Shown here: in pieces, positions 26,339-39,760 of the stretch
Layout of the letters: each line of letters opens with the position of its first letter
Position numbering within the stretch: the first letter of the stretch is position 1
From: Octopus vulgaris
Taxonomy: Eukaryota
Reading direction: 5' to 3'
Assembly: GCA_951406725.2 (NCBI GenBank)
Contig: OX597832.1
Location: 62,062,001-62,126,000, forward strand
Length of the DNA: 64,000 nucleotides
Program-made: the position numbers and the translations under genes
The notes under the pieces: model-generated
Told to the model about the DNA's origin: nothing
Seen by the model: the letters and a program-made list of their open reading frames with translations, nothing else
Database searches by the model: none

Positions 26339-26612
26339 CATCTATCTTTCTATCTATCTATCTATCTATCTATTTATTTATCTACCTATCTGTCTATATA
26401 TCTATCTAACTATCGATTGACATACTTGAATATCGATACATAAATATCATCGTCGTCATCATCATCATCTTCATCATCATCATTATTATCATCCTCCCCA
26501 CCACCACCACCACACCATCACTATCTCTGCCATCATGATCTTTATCATCACCATCTCCAGCACCACCGCCGCTGATGATGATGAGGATGACGATGTTCAT
26601 GATCCTGATCCG

Positions 26613-26657
<45 letters not shown>

Positions 26658-27289
26658 TATCATCATCACCATCATCATCACTATCATCATCTTCCGTGTA
26701 ATCATCCCTACACTAACAAAACGCCCAACAATAAAAACAACACCAATTTATTTCTACAGCAAAGCAAATTCGAAAACTTCCAATTAATGACCGATGTTTA
26801 GGCAACTGAAGATCGTAGCCGTGTTTTACAGACACAGTTTGCAGCCTTTTGCTAAATTGCTTCATTACGACGGGACACATTTTAAACGCAGATGCCTACC
26901 ACAGGAACGTGCATATTTATTACAAATATATTACAACTCTTATAAATAAAATATATCCTATAATTATGAGCCAACCTCATTTGACACTTTCCGAAAATGT
27001 TTATATAAACCCGACCCTTTTATATGATGAGTAATTGTATAATAATTGAATATTATAGGTTTCTTATATGCCCCTTGGACGTGGATGGGATGGTCTCTGT
27101 CAATGTGAATGGCAATTGTAATTAAATGATCTTTTAGGTTTGTCTAACTTGTAAAGTACAAACTACAGAACTACCCGATCCCATGCAGCTTTTGTTTCTT
27201 CATATCTTTTTGGAAGATAGATATTTTTTTATTGAATGTATTAAAACATACATTTCCGAATATTTCAGAATTTAGTGCGGGGAAAAATG

Positions 27290-27800
27290 GAGTTGAGTGG
27301 ATACTCCATACGTCTCCTCAAAACATATGAGGAAATAAAACTGGTTTATTATTCTCAGACCGACCCCGATCCCAAATGGTTTTTCACTCCAGATTATAAC
27401 ATAATTGCTATTTATATCAACTAAAATGCATTTGTAGAACATTTTATCCGAAAATATTATGTTTTCAAAGATTTATGAGGAAACAAATTTAGCTGGGTGA
27501 ATTATCTGACCCCCATCTTATATGCATTTCGTTTTGCACATAAAATTCCGAAATAATCGTAATCTGCACCATCTGAATTGATTTTGTAGAAATTTTGTTA
27601 AAACACGTATTGTTCAGCAAGTTATGAGGAAAACAATCGGTGTGTGTTAGTTATTCAAATTCCAGTCCATCTCTCCGAAAATCTTTTTCACAATATATTC
27701 CGACATAATCCTTCTTTATACCATACAAAATGTGTCTGCGGAAAATTTTATGAAAAAATATCCATTTTGCAGAGAACCAAATCCACTGAGGAGGCACACA
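27290..27800. repeat. Highly diverged ~150-bp tandem repeat (3-4 units)
   Basis: TATGAGGAAA at 27326, 27474 and 27623; TTTGTAGAA at 27431 and 27583; CCGAMATAATC at 27548 and 27700. Confidence 0.6.
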
Positions 27801-28675
27801 TCTATAGTTATAACATCGTAAAACAGACCCGCGATCATACTCATTCAGGTGTAGTGAGTGATTCTACGTCTGCCTCACCTCGTTTCTTTTCAGCATTTAA
27901 ACTAGGTTACGAGAACTCAATTCAACGTTATCATAAAGTAAATTTGTATCGCCTTCGTAAAGAAATATATTTCTTACAAATATATTTCTTAAAGGGAATT
28001 CCCAAAGATAATTCACAGTTCTTCGTTAAAATCATAATACACTTAGACGTTCCGATAAATGACATTACAGACACAGGTGTTCAGTGAAATAATTTTCACA
28101 GACATCCAATTAAATCATATTACACATAGATATACATTCAAATGATATTACAAATCTTCGTTCAAGTGTGTGATATTAAGAGATTCTATTCAACTATATT
28201 GACAGGTTTATTCAATTTTATGCGGCAACAAGCCAATTAATTCTAATCCACAGGCGAAATATAGTTTGCCAGATATGGCAATATGCTTCGCATCCTTGCA
28301 GCTCTATCTAGTAATCTTGTCAGTCTAAAGCAAACAACTTCGTCGTTTAATTTACTTACATTTTTTTCTGATTTCGAAATGGCGGCGGTGATTAAATGAT
28401 TTTAGCTTATTTCTAGAGTAAAGAATTTTTGATAAGTAAATGAAAATTCATAGTCAAACTTAAAAGGTTTTTAGCTATTTTATTAAATGTTTTAAAATTA
28501 ATTATAACCTTAAGAGAGGTATTTTAAGAAATTATTAAGACTCGTTAAACTTAGTGAATTTAGTTAGGCGGTTAGTTAGCCACACCATTACTTCAGCGGA
28601 GAAAATGCTCAAGGGCATTTCTTCCGGCTCCTAATGTTCTAAGTTCAAATGTCACTGACGTTGTGTTTGTCTTTA

Positions 28676-28888
28676 AGGTGGTGAGCTGGTAGAATCGTTA
28701 GCACACCAGAAAAAGTGTGCAGCATTTCGCCCGTCTTTACTTTCTGAGTGCAAATTCCGCTGAGGTCTTTTCTTGCCCTTTATCTTTTCGGGGTCGATAA
28801 AATAAATATCATTCGAACCCTGGGATCGATGTAATCGACTAGCCCCCTCCTCCAAAATTAATAGCCTCGTGCCCAAATTTGAAAGCAA
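28676..28888 (+). mobile_element. SINE family A monomer
   Basis: GGTGGTGAGCTGGTAGAATCGTTAGCAC..TTTCGGGGTCGATAAAATAA. Confidence 0.8.
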
Positions 28889-29189
28889 TCTTACTGAATT
28901 ATGGCTAATTGCCTTACATCGAAGACTTGCATAGAGTGTAATTAGTGATATAATTATTATCTACTGATTGAAGGTGAGGCTCGCAGAATCGTTTCGGCGC
29001 CGAAAAAAAGCCTGTCTGGAGTAATTTTCCCTAGGTGCTTTCATTCTTAGTTAAAATCCTTCTGAGACTCATCTTTGCCGTCCATCAAATTGGGATCGTT
29101 AAAATAAAGAATCACTCAAAAACTGGGACGATGGTATCGAATAATATCCCTCACCTAAAAATTCCTGTCCTTCTGTTTAAATGAGAAGC

Positions 29190-30446
29190 TACGAGAATGC
29201 GCTGAAAAGATCATAATTTGATTATGAAGGACTGATGCTAGTGCTGTGAAGTCTTGTACGCATTAGTTTCAATGCTTCTTATTAATAACTGCATTGTTTC
29301 TTTCGTGGTAAACTGACATCTAACTCTTCAAAGAAGACTTCAAATGTAACTAGTAGCGGTTTCTCTTGAAAAATTAGAAAATTTGGCATCGTGATACCAC
29401 AAAATATCTACTGAAAACGGTTTAGAACTCGAATACATTAATGCTGGCATGGTTACTATATTATGGAATGACACGGCAGTTTTATCAACAGTGCAAAAGT
29501 GGGCGGATGAATTTAGGAGGGGAACGGAACATCTTTAAGATGACTCAACGTTTGGACGTCATGCAAACGCCACCACCAAGTGGAACGTTGATCATGTTTA
29601 TCACATGATGATAGATGATAGGAGAGTGACTATAAATTAGATAACCGAATTTATTACCATATCCCGTGAGACAGTTGATAATATTCTGCACAATGAGATT
29701 GGCATGACGTAGGTTTCTGTTCGGTACCTAATAAAAAGCGCATCAGGCTGATCACATCACGGGAAAATCTGACGTTGTTTAAAGCAGATACATCTGGTTT
29801 ACTTAAACGTTTCCTAACCCAGGATGTTGTTGGCTTCATCACTTTGAACCAAGAACAAAGAGACAATCTTAGCAATGGAGACATCTCTCTTCACCTGTTC
29901 TAAACAAGGCCAAGCTCATTTTATCTGCAGGGAGGCTGATTGTCTCAGCTTTTTGGAATGTAGAAAGCATTGTGCTCAATGTGTTTAACGACTATCTTCA
30001 AAATGGCCACACCATCCATGGAATGTATTATGGCAACAGGGTGAGGCAGTTTCCAAAAGCTATCGAGACCAAACGCCCAGGAAAACTGAGTAAAGGTCTC
30101 CTGTTTTATCAGGATAATGACCCAGTACACAAGTCCTTGATTTCAAGGCCTTCTGTCTGTGGTTTTGGACTTGTTCATTACCCTCTCTATTCTGATTTGG
30201 ACCCATTTGACTATCAACAGTTCCCCAACATGAAAAGAACACTTGCCTCCGAACAAATTATCGCAGTGATGATGATGTCATATCTGGGGTTAATGACATT
30301 TTTGAGCTATAAGATGAAAGATTCTTCACCAATGGGATCCAACCATTGCAACAAGGATGGGAAAAATATGTGGACAACAAGGGGGTATTTGTTCAAAGAT
30401 AAACCACATTTGGTCGAGCTATAGAGTTTTCAGCCGAACCTCGTTA
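29190..30446 (+). mobile_element. Full-length (~1.26 kb) decayed mariner transposon
   Basis: ORF 29972-30424 has KRPGKLSKGLLFYQDNDPVHKS and HYPLYSDLDPFDYQQFPNMK (mariner HQDNAP..H and YSPDLAPSDY motifs). Imperfect TIRs ACGAG..GCTGAAAAG and GTTTTCAGC..CTCGT. Confidence 0.9.
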
Positions 30447-31000
30447 ATATAAAACCATTCTGCTTGCGATCGTCTATCGCCTTATTTTTGATGACATGTA
30501 GAGTTATATCTAACAGCTACTATCCCACATAGGATGGATCCGTCTCTTAAGCGAGTCCATTATTGAGATCGTTCCATCATCTCCCTTTGGCCGGTGTCAA
30601 CAGGCAGTTTTATCTGTCTGGTGCATTTCGAGAAAAATATTGGGTGAATGAGACTGTAGTAGATGAAAGCAGATTCCTTCCTTTTTGACGAAGCCCTCAC
30701 AACGTTCTCCAGTTTCGTTTGAAGATGAAGATGATATTAAGGAGAGAGGAAAGCAAACAGGATTTGGATGTGAAAATTCCGTGAATTTTCCATCACAAAT
30801 TGCCTGAAGATCCTATACACCTACAGCCGGAGCTGTAGCAAGAGTGATTCGCACAAAGCAATATAATACATACATACATACATAAACACGCACACACACT
30901 CACACACACACACTCACGCACACACACAGACACATATAAATATATATTCATATATATATATGTATATATATATTCATATATATATGTATATATATATAAG

Positions 31001-31306
31001 AGCACCATCCAAGCGTGATCGTTGCCAGAATAGCTGACTCGCTTCCGAGCCGGTGGCACGTAAAAAGCACCATTCGAGCGTGGCCGTTGCCAGTACCGCC
31101 TGACTATCCCACGTGCCGGTGGCACGTAAAAACACCCACTGCATTCTCGGTGTGGTTGGCGTTAGGAAGGGCATCCAGCTGTAGAAACTCTGCCAGATCA
31201 GACTGGGGTCTGGTGCAGCCATCTCGTTCGCCAGTCCTCAGTCAAATCGTCCAACTCATGCTAGAATGGAAAGCGGACGTTAAACGATGATGATGATGAT
31301 GATGAT
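31001..31306 (+). mobile_element. Headless SINE-like retroposon fragment with an internal ~65-bp tandem duplication and (GAT)n tail
   Basis: AGCACCAT..GCCGGTGGCACGTAAAA twice, then GGTTGGCGTTAGGAAGGGCATCCAGCTGTAGAAAC, ending GGACGTTAAAC(GAT)n. Confidence 0.7.
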
Positions 31307-32405
31307 ATATAGGCAGGGTGTGAGAGAGGTGGATAGAGAGGGCAGTCACTCATTTTCTTTCCTGCCATCCGGATACATTGTTTCTTTTAAAGCATCTGGT
31401 ATATAATTCACATGAAATCATCCCTATCCACCTTCCTCTTACATGTATTTATATGTAGATGCTTGTGCCAGCCAAAGAGAATTAACAAATGCTTCTTGTG
31501 ATACTGTAACAAACCCTGTATATGACCTGTTCATTGCCACTTCGTATACATAACTAAATTACGGCCATTGGATGATTTAAACAAAGAGATACTTGATAAA
31601 TCACAAAAGTCAGATATATTCCGCTGTTTGCTATCAAATTTACTTAGAACAATCGAGAAACTATATAAACAAGAGGTCTGCTTCTTGTGTGTTGGAGGTA
31701 TTGTATATCTTACACGGAAGAATATGAGAATCTGCATAAAAAATTACACGCTGAAAATGATGTAGGTCGCAGTTACATCTGGACGAGTTTTATGGGCGCC
31801 ATATTATTTACCAAGTTTCTATATACTGCTAGCAATATGGTTAGGTTGTAAATGCAAGAAGAGATATCGTGGAGTATGTTACTGAGTATGATACGTGCGT
31901 TGCTATATATAGAGAGAAAGGGTGGAGCGGAGTAAGATGTTTTGGTTCTGTGGTTAAGAAATTCGCTTTGCAAACACTTGGTTATGAGTTCCATCCCAGA
32001 AGGCAGTCTTCTACTATAGCCCCAGACCGCCAATATACATGGACATAAATAACATAAAATAAACTGTCAAGCATTGGTGGCGGACAAACACGCACACACA
32101 AATATATATATACGCACACATATATATATATACAGGGTTTTTCAGAAAGTCACAGTCCATTTATAGCTTTATTAATATACATGTTGTAATTTGGAATACA
32201 AGAAAAGAATATGAATAAATATAATAAATTATGTTGAAAGTGATATCTTTGTACATACCATCTCGTAAAATGTGTTCGAAGAGAAATATAAGTTAGTCGG
32301 TTGTTAAAACCATTTTGGGGTGGAAATTTTGAATACTAAAGTACAACATTCGATTAAGAAAAGTGCACAGTGATTTTCCGAACAGGTAAGTAGATTGGTA
32401 GTTGT

Positions 32406-32439
<34 letters not shown>

Positions 32440-32452
32440 TTATATATGTAGT

Positions 32453-32655
32453 TTTGGGGATATGGTTTGAAAGATTCTTTATGGGAGTTCGTGTGTTGAA
32501 AAGGAACGCAGTTTGAGTAACGGACAGAGTATTGAAAAGGGTGCAAGATGCAACGAAAATTTTAGAAAAATAAAAACGAAGCAAGTGGAATGTTTACCGG
32601 TGAGTGTGTGAAATTATAAGGCACCAAAAAAGAATACCCTCCCCAGACACAACAG
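32453..32655 (+). mobile_element. Rearranged copy of the 39065-39432 element family, with hammerhead-like motif at 32529-32565
   Basis: 32453-32501 matches 39066-39112 directly; the remainder matches the reverse complement of 39121-39282; ends at (TA)n. Confidence 0.75.
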
Positions 32656-32687
<32 letters not shown>

Positions 32688-32719
32688 TTATATATATATA
32701 TGTTATATATATATATATG

Positions 32720-32776
<57 letters not shown>

Positions 32777-32931
32777 AGACGTTGTTGCCATCATAAGGAT
32801 TTTGTAAACTTCGGAACTAATATGACATAATTCTTTTTTTGGAATGCTATATCGCGAAGTATACACAGAAATCTATAAACAACACAATATTTATAGGATA
32901 TTGTTAAAAGATTTCTCTGTTTTCCGAGATA

Positions 32932-32989
<58 letters not shown>

Positions 32990-33101
32990 GTATTTGTGTA
33001 TATATATATATATATATATATACAAACATACATGTATATGTAGGTAAGAATAGGTAAATATATATGTATCACTCCCCCCTCTCTCTCACTCTGGGTTCTA
33101 A

Positions 33102-33180
<79 letters not shown>

Positions 33181-33626
33181 TATATATATATATTTGGATG
33201 TATATGTATTCAAGCGTGTATATTGCATGTATGTATATTGCATGTATGTATGTATGTATGTATGTATGTATGTATGTATGTATGTATGTATGCATGTGTG
33301 CATGTATGTATATGAATCTGTATCCCATTCAGAGATTGTCGAACGCCAAAGAAACAACTGCAATGGAGGCCTTAAAAGTTCTACTTTATCACTGTTTAGC
33401 AGGTATTTTCTACGACTTCACCTCATCTTGTGTCACAAATAATGGTAGATGCTTCTTTCAATACTGTTTCTAAACAACACCAGCAAGGAAATACATTCTT
33501 GTTGCTGTTGTTGTTGTTGTTATCGTCGCTGTTACTACTGTTATTTTTTATGAAGATCTATGATACTACACAAAACATCAATCATTGAAATCCGTGCAGT
33601 TGCACTATCACTTATTTATTTGAGTA

Positions 33627-33655
33627 TATCATCATCACCATCATCATCATGATCG

Positions 33656-33727
<72 letters not shown>

Positions 33728-33799
33728 CTATCATCATCATCATCACCAGCATCACCATCATCATCATCATCATCATCATCACCATCACCATCATCATCG

Positions 33800-33857
<58 letters not shown>

Positions 33858-33876
33858 CATCATCACCACCATCACT

Positions 33877-33973
<97 letters not shown>

Positions 33974-34023
33974 CCATCATCCTTTATTATTATTATTATT
34001 ATTGTTATTATTATTATTATTAT
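33627..34023. repeat. (ATC)n/(ATT)n microsatellite
   Basis: Direct reading. Confidence 0.95.
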
Positions 34024-34481
34024 CGCAATTTAGGTTAGTTGAAATATGCTTCTCACATATTTCAGCTGCTCAAGGCAAATACACTGAGGTTACCGTGGAG
34101 AAAAAATATCACTCTTCTGGTAAAAAAAAATAAAAAATAAAGGTGCGAAAACACCTAGTGCGTTCTGTGTCGCCATCTCTCGGGAATCTCAGACATCAAT
34201 GTTTCGAGTTGTGTTTATTGACTCTTCTCGATGGGATGTACCAAAGAGAGGCGACCTGAATAAAGCTTGTAGTTTTATATGCAATTTAGTGGACATGTTG
34301 CCTGATTTGTGCTAGTAGATCGTCGAATCGAAATAAATAACGAAGCAATGGCGCAAGCAGTGTTTACGTATAATCAGAAATTAGGTTAGTTGTAATACGT
34401 TTATTTTACACTATGAATCCTTTTGTCTCTCGAATGACGCTATTCCGCCAACTAGCCGACCAGGTCAGTATATATATGTGC

Positions 34482-34541
<60 letters not shown>

Positions 34542-34818
34542 ATGCATGTATGTATGTATGTATGTATGCGTGTGTGTATTTGTGTATGTGTTTATCCCTC
34601 ACAATTGTTTGGCAGCCATATTGGTGTGTTTACGTGCCCGTATCATAGCGGTTCAGCAAAAGAGACAAATAGAATAAGTACTAGGCTTACAAAAAATAAG
34701 AACTGGAGTCGATTTGTTCGCCTAAAGACGGTGCTTCAGCATGGCCGCAGTCGAATGACTGAAACAAGTAGATGAATAAAAGAATAAATGAATATATATA
34801 TATGTGTGTGTGTTTGTG

Positions 34819-34881
<63 letters not shown>

Positions 34882-34884
<3 letters not shown>

Positions 34885-35050
34885 CGAGGTCTAATCAAGA
34901 AGTATCTGGACTGTTGCCATTGTAACGAAGTTAAAACACGCAGAGTAGAACCGCTAAAAAAAATTCACCTTGAAGTCTGCAGTGCATTCGCACTAAGATA
35001 TAGCGTTCTAGCTCACTTTCGCTCTTCACAGCCGTGCTTGGAAAGAAAGT
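34882..35050 (+). mobile_element. Mariner-like left-end fragment
   Basis: TACGAGGTCTAATCAAGAAGTATCTGGACT resembles a mariner TIR and follows (TA)n; no right end seen. Confidence 0.45.
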
Positions 35051-35080
35051 ATTATTATTATTATTATTACTTTTCATACA

Positions 35081-35480
35081 AAGGCGGTGAGCTGGTAGAA
35101 TCGTTAGCACACCGGACGGAAAGCTGAACAGTATTTGGTCTTTTTTGCATTCTGATTTCAAATTCCACCGAGGTCGACTTTACCTTTCATCCTTTCTGGA
35201 GTCGATAAATTAAGTACCAGTTGCGTACTGGGGCCGACCTAATCGTCTGGCACCCTTTATTCATATAAAGCCGGCGAGCTTTCAGAATTGTTAGCTCGCT
35301 GGAAAAAAGCTGAACAGTTTTTCGTCAGTCGTTACATTCTAAGTAAAAATTCCGCCGAGGTCGACTTTGCCATTCATCTTTTCGATATCGATAAAATAAT
35401 TACCAGTTGAACATTGGGGTTCGATGTAATTGACTCATCTCCACTTCCCCCAAGTTACCCTTGTGGCGAAAATTTGAATA
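35081..35480 (+). mobile_element. Two adjacent SINE family A monomers
   Basis: Two heads (35082, 35269), each followed by CCGAGGTCGACTTT..CATC.TTT..TCGATAAA. Confidence 0.8.
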
Positions 35481-35534
35481 ATTATTATTAACCATATATA
35501 CACAACAGTTTCGACTATCGGAAAAGAAACAATT

Positions 35535-36030
35535 ATATTCTCTTCATCTACTGCTACTAAATCAGGCCTTCTAGCCTCCATTAGACTGTCAGTCTGAATG
35601 TTAAATTCCCACAACGTCTTATATTTCTTACTTTCTAGTACTTTACTAGGTTCGTGTTCATACATTTATCAGTATGTTCAAATCCTAGCTTTCTACTTAA
35701 CTCCCAGTGGATTACTCCCCCTAGATTGTCATGTCTTTTCTTGTATTCTTTCTGATTTGCAGAGCCTACATTGGGAATCTAGTTGGTTTTTGTCTATCTT
35801 GGCTTTTATCCAATTAATCCTTAATGCTTGATCTTGTACCGCTACTAACAAACTTTCTCTCTCCCTTTTCAGCCTTCCTTTCTGTAACCATAACCATGTC
35901 TCACTATTACTATTTGCTGCAACTATCTTTGGGGATTTCCCATGCAGCGCCTACTACCAGTCAGATAACTTCTGCGCTTTTTTTCTGGTTTTTAACTTCG
36001 TTTGGGATTTTGGTTTCCCTAATTATAAAG
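35535..36030 (-). pseudogene. R4/Dong-like RLE retrotransposon fragment
   Basis: Minus translation ALHGK..TWLWLQKGRLKRERESLLVAVQDQALR..CRLC..EYKKRHDN..IHWEL..YEHEP..LWEFNIQTDSLMEARRPDLV; abuts (TAA)n at 36033. Confidence 0.9.
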
Positions 36031-36032
36031 AT

Positions 36033-36177
<145 letters not shown>

Positions 36178-37143
36178 GATTTTTATTACTTTTTGTTAGA
36201 GTGTTGCACTCCCGATCTAAAGATAGCGATTTCTGTCCCTAGACCGGCTGGTTGTGTTCGTTTGCATAACTTCTTCTCTTGTTGCTCTGTGACACCTGAT
36301 GCGCGGCACACGGTGCACCTATTCAGACGGCGTCGATTTGATGGAGAGATTAATCTAATATACTGCACATACATTTGATCACTACAAACAAATCACTTGT
36401 GCTGGCCGTTCGGCAGAAAAGGTGAACGGTCATACATCGTCTTCGATGTATGAAGAGTTCATTTATTTATTAAAAGTATCATTTCGATGTCTGGTGAGAT
36501 ATTCGCTTGAAAATGGCTTCGTAGTGTCAAAGAGTCTATTGTAATAGCAGCACAAATCGTAGTAGAATCCAGTGCTAAGATTTTAGAAACATTCAGTCAA
36601 AATTCCGAGACATTACAAGACGTTCCAAATTCCAAGATAGACACACAGACAGACAGGCAGACACGAAGACACACCGGCCAACTAACAGACAATTGATTCC
36701 TTCAATTTCAAGAGTACCAAAACTACATACGTTTTATGTAAGCAATTAAAGTCTGTAATAACAATGCCATTTCTCTCCTTGAAAATTCTCCCATAAATCA
36801 CACGTGGAGGGGCAGTGTTGTGGCTGTTAGCGCTGGTGGTGGTGGCAGTGAAGCTCACCTCCTTCCTCCTACCGTCTGTTTCACATATTCTGCTGTATCT
36901 GTATACATATGTTTCTACTTATAATAGTTATTACATATGTTATCAGGTAATGTATTGCAGTAACATTGCAATAAAACATAATCGGTAGTTTTGAAAATTC
37001 AACAGTTGAGCAGGATAAATTTTCCTCGTGTTAACACATAATAACAACACACACACATACATACATACATACATACATACATACATACATACATACATAC
37101 ATACATACAAATATACATACGTTATCACCACCCGATAGAGAGG

Positions 37144-37179
<36 letters not shown>

Positions 37180-37194
37180 AAGAGAGAGAGAGAA

Positions 37195-37228
<34 letters not shown>

Positions 37229-37299
37229 GGGGAGTGGACACTGCTTGAAATCGACTAACAGCACAGTATTGCTTAATATTTGTACGTTTATCATGACGG

Positions 37300-37514
37300 G
37301 AAGATGATAACGATGGTGTAGATGATGGTGATGTTGATGATGATGATGATGATGACGACGACGACAACTGATGACTATGACGATGATGATGAGAATGATG
37401 ATTATGATGGAGGAAGTGATTAGTGGAGATGATAATAACGAAGCGGGAAATTAGGATTGTGATGGTGATGATGGTGTTGGTGTGTTGTCGTTATTGTTGT
37501 TGTTGTAGTTGTTG

Positions 37515-37547
<33 letters not shown>

Positions 37548-38130
37548 ATGGTTGTCGTTGTGTTGGAGGTGGTCTGGTGGTGGTGCTGCAGCTTCTGCTG
37601 TTGGTGGTGGTGAGATTCCTGGTTGTGGCGGAATTGGGAGTGGTTATACTGGTAGTAGTGATGATGATGATGATGATGACGACGACGACGACGACGACGA
37701 CGATGATGATGATGATGATGATGATGATGGCAGTACTGGTGGCGGTTACGGTTGTAGTTGTGTTAGAGGTGGTCTGGTGATCGTGGTGGTGGTCGTCGTC
37801 GTCACCGTGTTGTAATGGTGTGGTGTTGATGTGGTAGTGGTGATGCTGGTGATTGTACTGGCGGCGCCCCGTCGATGATGGTAATGCTAGTTGTTGTAAC
37901 GCGTTTGGGGTTGCTGCTAAGATGGCGATGATGATGATGCCGATACTGAGAACGAGGACGATGATGATGATGGAGAAGATGAGGGAGAAGGCGGAAGTCG
38001 ACGACGATGATGAGGATGATGAGGATGGTGATGATGATGATGGTGACGACGATGATGAAGAAAATGAAGAAGAAAAAGAAGAAGTGGAGGAGGAGGAGGA
38101 GGAGACAGATGATGATGACCATCCTCATTA
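37300..38130. repeat. Mixed trinucleotide low-complexity region (GAT/GGT/GTT/GAC/GAG)
   Basis: Direct reading; no credible coding frame. Confidence 0.85.
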
Positions 38131-38241
38131 TGATATCAACGTTAGCGGTAACAAAGCAGGTGTTATTGGTGTACGTAATTATGGCGGTGAGGATTACCAG
38201 CAACTCACAAATTATCGGCTTCAATTCTCAGGATATAGAGC

Positions 38242-38288
<47 letters not shown>

Positions 38289-39064
38289 GGACAGAGAAAA
38301 TAAATCAAGTCTGTAGATCGCACTTACACCAAGCAGAATCCTTTAATCATTCGACCTAATTAATTATTACAGTAAATCCAGTTTTGTATTTTAGGATAAC
38401 AATATGTAGTAAAATATAACCCTCACAAACGCTCACGACTTGAAAATCTGTTGTTGTATATATCCAGGGATCGTTTACAATGAAAACGCAGCTGTTGTTT
38501 TCTTAGGGTCGACAATTTTGTACGAGAGAGTCTTGTAGGATGTTTAGAGCGAAGTATTAGTAATGGACACGGGAAAAGAATACAGAGAAGTACTGCTTGT
38601 AGCGGCATCTAGAGGCCAAAAGCCTTTATACACTGTCGTCCAAACCTGCAAGAAAATAACAGGAAATTACTTCAACAAATTATCACATCATTCACAGAAT
38701 GAACTACGATTTGCAGCGATTGTAAAAGGTATTTACACACAGCCGCTCGACATACTTAGATATAGTCAAAAATGGCCTGAACAAAAATCACATCGTTTAA
38801 GATATAAGGACAAATACTAGATTTTTTGCTCGTGTATAACTATGGCTGAAATAAGAATCGACTCATTGAGAACACTTTGATAATAGCTCTGCCCAAGTGC
38901 TATTGAAAGGTCACTAGTCAGATTGAGAAGCAGCTACTTTCAACTCGTGTCCTGAAAGCTACAATCTTGTGCATAAAAAACCCCCACCATATTATGGATA
39001 TGAACATTAAGAGATGCACAAATCCAATTTATGTATTTATAGAACTACTATAAATTTAGATTCA

Positions 39065-39432
39065 TTTTTGGATTTGGTTTGCAAGATTCTTTATGTGAGT
39101 TCGTGTGTTGAAGCATATTTTGTTGTGTCTGAGGGGAGTCAATCTCTATTAGTGCCTTATAAGTAACCACACTCACCGGTAAAATTTCCACTTATTTCTT
39201 TTTTCTTTTTCTGAAATTTTCGTTGCGTCTTGCAAACTTTTCAATTGTTTTGACTCTGTCCGTTATTTACACTGCGTTCCTTTGTTGTTTGTTTAACGGA
39301 CACAGTCAAAACTATGGAAAAGGTTGCAAGACGCAACGAAAATTTTAGAAAAAGAAAAAAGAAGTGTAAATTTTACCGGTGAGTGTAAATTATAAGGCAC
39401 CAAAAGAGAATGACTCTCCCTAGACGCAACAG
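39065..39432. mobile_element. 368-bp hairpin element with 13-bp TSD and a hammerhead-like motif in each arm
   Basis: AAATTTAGATTCA at 39052-39064 and 39433-39445; inverted arms 39121-39265 and 39294-39431. Confidence 0.85.
39312..39348 (+). ncRNA. Minimal hammerhead-like motif, U3-A8 core variant plus extra G
   Basis: CTA-TGGAAAA-G-GTTGC-AAGAC-GCAAC-GAAA-AT-TT-TAG; sister copies (39211-39247 minus, 32529-32565) have core TTGAAAA. Confidence 0.55.
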
Positions 39433-39760
39433 AAATTTAGATTCAAAATCGTGTTATCATGGTTTTTGCAGTCGATATCTTTTAACATAAATGCCTCCTC
39501 ATATGATCTAAGCTGTATGTGCTAGCCTTTCGATTCGCAGCCATTTGTTTCGATTCAATCCGAACGTACATCCAGTATAGCCTCGGGTCCACTAATGCCT
39601 GGTGCCATTTTAATCCTAATAAAAGACTGTCCGAAAGGTCGAGCGGTCCATTCTCTATGACAATTCCATTGTACTATTTCTGTCACTTTTTCCAGATAAT
39701 TAGTTTTATTAGCGGAGACCACCACCTGCTGCCAGAGGTTATATCATATTAATATATATA

